Source of the DNA: a virus
Lineage: Duplodnaviria > Caudoviricetes
Reading direction: 5' to 3' (one strand)
Length of the DNA: 42,901 nt
IMG/VR virus record: IMGVR_UViG_3300037506_000169
Location: 1-42,901 of that record
Shown: positions 38,622 to 42,901 of the stretch, one piece after another
Layout of the letters: the number at the start of each line of letters is the position of its first letter
Position numbering within the stretch: position 1 is the stretch's first letter
The notes under the pieces: model-generated
Seen by the model: the letters and a program-made list of their open reading frames with translations, nothing else
The model's database searches: none
Told to the model about the DNA's origin: nothing
Translations under genes and position numbers: made by a program

Positions 38622-38933
38622 ATGAAACTGTTGACCTACCTGTGTTGTTTCCTGATCGCGGTGCTGCCGGCTTGCGGCGTGCTCACGGCCGAGCAGAAGG
38701 CGAGTGTGCGGCAGACCGTGCAATCCGAGTACGAGGCCGGCACGATCACGGCCGCGCAGCGTGATGCTGCGCTCGAGGCGCTGGCAAGCGACCAGCCGTT
38801 CGACTGGACGACGCTTGGCGTGATTGGCGCGAACATCGCGTTGGCGCTGATCGGCGGGCCGGCGATCGTCCGGTTGCAGCGTGGACGGCCGACGCAGAAG
38901 GTCGGTCTGCCGGCCAGCAAGGTCTTGTCGTGA
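38622..38933 (+). CDS. Putative lipoprotein with C-terminal hydrophobic segment
   Basis: Signal peptide with lipobox-like VLPA-C; C-terminal TLGVIGANIALALIGG; GAGG RBS. Confidence 0.6.
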   Translation: MKLLTYLCCFLIAVLPACGVLTAEQKASVRQTVQSEYEAGTITAAQRDAALEALASDQPFDWTTLGVIGANIALALIGGPAIVRLQRGRPTQKVGLPASKVLS

Positions 38934-39081
38934 GCTTGTCCTGCTGGCTGCTGATACTGCTACTCGGCAGTGCCGTGCTGGTGCAGTGTTACGTTTGGTG
39001 GCGCGATGCGCGCCGGTAGGCATGAATCTGGAAAGAGCGGACCGCAAAGCGGAATACGTAGTCTACCGTATGGTCCGGACC

Positions 39082-39432
39082 GTGAGCGATCACGATCCCT
39101 ACGACCTGGACAGCGCGAGTCAGCGGCAGGAAGAGCAAGTCCTTCGCTGCCATCTCGAGCTGACTCTGGCAGAGCGCGATCTGGTCTGGCTCATGTCGGG
39201 ACCGAGGGGTCGGCGGATTGTCCGCCGTATTCTGCGTGATGCCAGACTGGACGAGAGTTCCTACCATCCCAACGCGATGGAGATGTCGCGTCAGGAGGGT
39301 CGCAAGGAGATCGCCCGTGGCCTGCGCCAGATGATCGACCGCCTCTGTCCCGAACTCTACGTCAAGATGCAGCAGGAAACCGATGACAGCAATGCAGATC
39401 GGGCAGCAACCCGAAGCCATCAAACAGCCTGA
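39082..39432 (+). CDS. Bbp19-like phage protein
   Basis: DLVWLMSGPRGRRIVRRIL...MSRQEGRK..CPELYVKM; precedes the scaffold. Start uncertain. Confidence 0.75.
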   Translation: MSDHDPYDLDSASQRQEEQVLRCHLELTLAERDLVWLMSGPRGRRIVRRILRDARLDESSYHPNAMEMSRQEGRKEIARGLRQMIDRLCPELYVKMQQETDDSNADRAATRSHQTA

Positions 39433-39988
39433 GGTAGCGTCGCCCAAGCAGGAGCCGACTCCTGCCGTCCAGCAGAGCGAACCGCAGAAGCCGGAGGCTC
39501 CGAAAGCGCCTGCCGAGATCGTCTACGATCTCAAGACGCCGAAGGAGATGCCGGAGGGGTACCAGATCGACAGCAAAGTCCTCGAAGTCTATCGCGACAC
39601 CGTCAAGGAATTGAAGCTGTCGAACGAGCACGCCCAGAAGGTGCTCGACAAGGTCATGCCCGTGATTGCACGGCAGGCCGAGGATCTGCAGCAGAAGCAG
39701 CGAGCCGAGTGGGCCGAGTTGGCGCAACGCGATCAGGAATACGGAGGCACGTCCTTCGATCAGAACCTGAGGGCAGCGCAGACAGCGGTCAAGCGGTTCG
39801 GGTCCGACAAGTTGATCGAAATGCTGGACAAGACCGGCCTTGGCAATCACCCGGAGTGGATCCGCGCGTGGTACCGGGTTGGGAAGCTGATGCAGGAAGA
39901 TCGGTTTGTAGCAGCCGACAAGGCTGCGCCGCTCGACCTGAATGACGACGCCAGCATGGCGAAGAGGCTCTACGGTAACAACAAGTAG
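39383..39988 (+). CDS. Capsid scaffolding protein
   Basis: Pro/Glu-rich N-terminus, KELKLSNEHAQK, TGLGNHPEWIR..GKLMQED; precedes the capsid gene. Confidence 0.85.
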   Translation: MTAMQIGQQPEAIKQPEVASPKQEPTPAVQQSEPQKPEAPKAPAEIVYDLKTPKEMPEGYQIDSKVLEVYRDTVKELKLSNEHAQKVLDKVMPVIARQAEDLQQKQRAEWAELAQRDQEYGGTSFDQNLRAAQTAVKRFGSDKLIEMLDKTGLGNHPEWIRAWYRVGKLMQEDRFVAADKAAPLDLNDDASMAKRLYGNNK

Positions 39989-40011
39989 AGCGCGCTACCT
40001 CAGAGGCCAAC

Positions 40012-41067
40012 ATGCCAAACCTGACCCTTCTTGATTGGGCCAAGCGCGTGGATCCGGACGGCAGTGTCCCGGTCATCGCGAACCTCTTGTCCCAGACCAA
40101 CGAGATCCTGCAAGATGCAACCTACGTGCAGGCCAATGGCCCGACTAGTCACCGAGTGACGGTTGCGACCGGTCTGCCAACCATCTACTACCGTGCGCTG
40201 AACGTCGGTATCCCGACGTCGAAGGCCACGACCGCACAGGTCGACGAGGGCATCTCGATTCTCGAGGCCATCAGCGAGGTCGACATCGACCTGGCCAACC
40301 TGAACGGCAACACAGGTGAGTTCCGTCTGTCCGAAGCCCGTCTGTTCATCGAGGCGATGAACCAGGCGAAGGCTACGGGTGACATCTACGGCAACCCGTC
40401 GACCAATTCGAATCAGTACCTTGGTCTGGCTCCGCGTTACAGTTCGCTGGCTGCCGGCAACTCTCAGAACATCCTGGATGGTGGTGGCGCGTCCGGTGCG
40501 ACCAACACGTCCGTGTGGCTGATCTGCTGGTCGGATCAGACCGTGTTCTGCACGTTCCCGAAGGGCAGCAAGGCCGGACTCGTGCAGGAAGACCTTGGCC
40601 CGCAGACCGCCTATCAGTCGGCCACGACTGATACGTTTGCGAGCGGTACGAGCCCGACTTTGCGCCTGCGTGTCCTGCAGGAGCGGTTCCAGTGGAAGAC
40701 CGGGCTGGTGGTCAAAGACTGGCGCTACGCCGTGCGTATCGCCAACCTCGAAGTCACAAGTAGCGGTACCAACTCGCTGCTGGCTCTGACCGGCACGATG
40801 GCCCCGACCGCTACGAGTAACCTGCTCCACCTGATGGGCAAAGCGGTGGCGCGCATTCCGAACCCGCGCATGGGTCGGTGTGCATTCTACATGAACGCGA
40901 CTGCATTCAGTGCGCTGATGCGGCTTGGCCTGGAGAAAAGCAACGCGGCACTCAGCGTCAACAATGCTTTCGGCCAGTTCGGTACGCCCAGCGCCATGCT
41001 GAGCTTCATGGGTTACCCGATCCGTCAGTGCGACGCGATCCTCAACACCGAAACCAAGGTGACGTGA
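40012..41067 (+). CDS. Major capsid protein (Bbp17-like)
   Basis: TLLDWAKR..LSQTNEILQD..TGLP..RALN, GLAPRY, GLVVKDWRYAVRIAN, PIRQCDAILNTE. Confidence 0.95.
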   Translation: MPNLTLLDWAKRVDPDGSVPVIANLLSQTNEILQDATYVQANGPTSHRVTVATGLPTIYYRALNVGIPTSKATTAQVDEGISILEAISEVDIDLANLNGNTGEFRLSEARLFIEAMNQAKATGDIYGNPSTNSNQYLGLAPRYSSLAAGNSQNILDGGGASGATNTSVWLICWSDQTVFCTFPKGSKAGLVQEDLGPQTAYQSATTDTFASGTSPTLRLRVLQERFQWKTGLVVKDWRYAVRIANLEVTSSGTNSLLALTGTMAPTATSNLLHLMGKAVARIPNPRMGRCAFYMNATAFSALMRLGLEKSNAALSVNNAFGQFGTPSAMLSFMGYPIRQCDAILNTETKVT

Positions 41068-41095
41068 TCCCAGGATCCACCAAGGAGACCAACCA

Positions 41096-42139
41096 ATGAC
41101 CATTACCGACACCCTGGTCAAGCTCGATCCCGGCACGGGCGAGACGTTGACGCAGACTCGTTTCGGGTCGACCAAGATCGATCTGCCTACCGAGTATGCC
41201 GGACTCGACATCGCGGCTGGCGAACCGGTGACCGTGCATGCTGCCGTCAAGACTGCGGTAACTGGTGCCACGGCGTCTGCGACCGTCGAGATTCAGGCCG
41301 TTACCACGCATCTTGCGGTGCCGGCCAGCACGACCGCAACCGTGACGATTGCGGTCACGACCGGTATCGTGACGCACACGGCACACGGGTATCCGACCGG
41401 AATGCCGGTCGTGTTTTCGGGTGGTGGCGGCGCGACCGAAATCGTCCGTGGCACCACCTACTACGTCATCAAGATCAACGCTGACACTTACAACGTGGCG
41501 TTGTCGCTTGCCAACGCTCTGGCCGGAACCGCGATCGGGACGGCTGCAGCCAGCACCGGCACGGTTACGGTTGTGTCTGTGCCAACTGGTGAGACCGCAT
41601 TGATTACGGCTGCGACCGATGACAAGATCACGTTGGCCGGGCACGGATTGGCAACCGGAACGCCAGTGCAGATCAACATCGGTGGCGCAACGTTGACTGG
41701 CGTAACCACAAACCTGATCTACTACGTGGCCAGGATTCAGGACAACGACAATGCGTTCTACCTGACGACCACGCCAGCCAACGCGGTGTTGACCGCGTAC
41801 GACCCAACCTCAAATCCTCCGGTCGACATCACGGCGGTGACCGACACAAACGGTGTGTTGACGTTGCACGTGCCGGCCAATGTGGTTGGCACGAGTGGGC
41901 CGCTTTACCGTGACATGCTTGCGGCCGGCAGCATCGTGACGTTTCCCATGTTCCAGCGGATGGAGATGTCGTGTTCCAGCGGCTCGCCGATCGTCATTCC
42001 GAGACCGGCTGGACGCAGTCTGTGGTGCCGGTTTGTACCGTCGACCGCGGTTACCGCCGGCAAATTCCAAGTCGAACTGACCACCGGTTACCACGGTGGA
42101 CGCCACGACCATTACCAAACCGGCAGGATCGTGCGCTAA
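41096..42139 (+). CDS. Capsid cement/decoration-like protein with two inserted repeat domains
   Basis: Follows the capsid gene; termini MTITD..IDL..GEP and TAGKF resemble Bbp16-type cement; two HG..G..V...YYV inserts. Confidence 0.6.
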   Translation: MTITDTLVKLDPGTGETLTQTRFGSTKIDLPTEYAGLDIAAGEPVTVHAAVKTAVTGATASATVEIQAVTTHLAVPASTTATVTIAVTTGIVTHTAHGYPTGMPVVFSGGGGATEIVRGTTYYVIKINADTYNVALSLANALAGTAIGTAAASTGTVTVVSVPTGETALITAATDDKITLAGHGLATGTPVQINIGGATLTGVTTNLIYYVARIQDNDNAFYLTTTPANAVLTAYDPTSNPPVDITAVTDTNGVLTLHVPANVVGTSGPLYRDMLAAGSIVTFPMFQRMEMSCSSGSPIVIPRPAGRSLWCRFVPSTAVTAGKFQVELTTGYHGGRHDHYQTGRIVR

Positions 42140-42183
42140 CCCTAAGGGCCGCCGCCAGGCGGCCCGCAACAGGAGAACACGAC

Positions 42184-42774
42184 ATGATTCTCGACAGCAT
42201 AGGAATCCTGACCGCGTCGGTGCCGCCGCAAGGATTTCCGTTCGCGGTTTCTGCGAATGGTGCGGTGGATCTTTGGCCGCAGGGCAGTGAACACATCAGT
42301 GGTGGCGTTCTTGCACCGTTCAAGGGCAAGCCGCCGTTGATTGGCGATGGCGAGCAACTGTATGTTCAATTCCGCATTGAGTCAGCGTTCATCGTCGGTG
42401 GCGGTAGTCCGATCGCTCAGTTCATTGTCGCCCAATCGCTCACTGCTGACGGAACTGCTGGCAACGATACGGTCATCATCGGAACGGCAACCGGACCGTT
42501 GCAGCCCAACCTCATGCTTGGTTTCTCTGGGCTTACTGGCGCTACCATTGGTCAGATCGTCGAGGTGCCGATTGGGGCTCCGCACATTCTGAACAACGTG
42601 ACGGCAAACCCGGACTTTAGTCTGTTCCGGTACCTTCTGATCGCGATCTATGTGCCGAATGAGCAGTCTGGTACCAATTGGTTTTCGAGTGGCTCGATCT
42701 CGGCCAAGATTCTGCTCGGTTCGCAACGTAGCGCGCGCACCCGAATCTACCCGGCAGCCTTCAACATCAAGTAG
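42184..42774 (+). CDS. Second cement/decoration-like protein
   Basis: AGGAG RBS; MILDS..IGDGEQLYV..RYL..GSISAKI..YP pattern. Confidence 0.6.
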   Translation: MILDSIGILTASVPPQGFPFAVSANGAVDLWPQGSEHISGGVLAPFKGKPPLIGDGEQLYVQFRIESAFIVGGGSPIAQFIVAQSLTADGTAGNDTVIIGTATGPLQPNLMLGFSGLTGATIGQIVEVPIGAPHILNNVTANPDFSLFRYLLIAIYVPNEQSGTNWFSSGSISAKILLGSQRSARTRIYPAAFNIK

Positions 42775-42782
42775 GAGACGAC

Positions 42783-42901
42783 ATGGTTCTAGTTCGAGCG
42801 AAAGAGCGGTGTTTCATCGACGTGCAGTTGCGCGAGCCAGGTGATGTGTTCGACTACAACGGCACCATCACGGCCAACGGCCCGCTGGTGCTGGCCAGCG
42901 A
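42783..42901 (+). CDS. Small virion-region protein (5' part, runs off the window)
   Basis: AGGAG RBS; MVLVRAKERCFIDVQLREPGDVFDY. Confidence 0.65.
   Translation, partial: MVLVRAKERCFIDVQLREPGDVFDYNGTITANGPLVLAS

Larger units (their letters stand above)
1..42901. mobile_element. Near-complete podovirus-like phage genome (BPP-1/T7-type virion module), circularly permuted
   Basis: Terminase, portal, scaffold, capsid, tail tubular A/B and internal virion genes are all present. Gene order continues from the window end (capsid, cement) to the window start (tail tube A). No host housekeeping genes seen. Confidence 0.9.

Overview
Near-complete, apparently circularly permuted ~43 kb high-GC tailed phage genome with podovirus-like (BPP-1/T7-type) virion genes. 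The + strand late region runs TerS, TerL, portal, Ser/Thr/Gly-rich fibre, glycosyltransferase, methyltransferase, membrane proteins, scaffold, capsid and cement proteins. It continues at the window start with tail tubular proteins A and B and the internal virion proteins. A - strand early/replication arm (14.1-24.1 kb) and an accessory arm (26.3-28.8 kb) flank an XRE regulator. The main finding is a phage-encoded minimal type V CRISPR-Cas system in the early operon. It has a Cas12m (V-U1)-like effector that keeps an apparently canonical D-E-D RuvC triad. Directly after it lies an array of six 36-bp repeats plus a divergent terminal repeat whose stem is preserved by compensatory changes. There is no cas1/cas2. 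A single extra base at ~15259 makes the effector ORF read through the array; removing it gives a 606-aa protein that stops 6 nt before the first repeat. Other oddities are an SGNH/SASA esterase fused to tail tubular protein A, a repeated surface domain inserted into both nozzle and cement proteins, and a possible virion-glycosylation cassette. All family assignments come from motif recognition and recall; no database searches were run.
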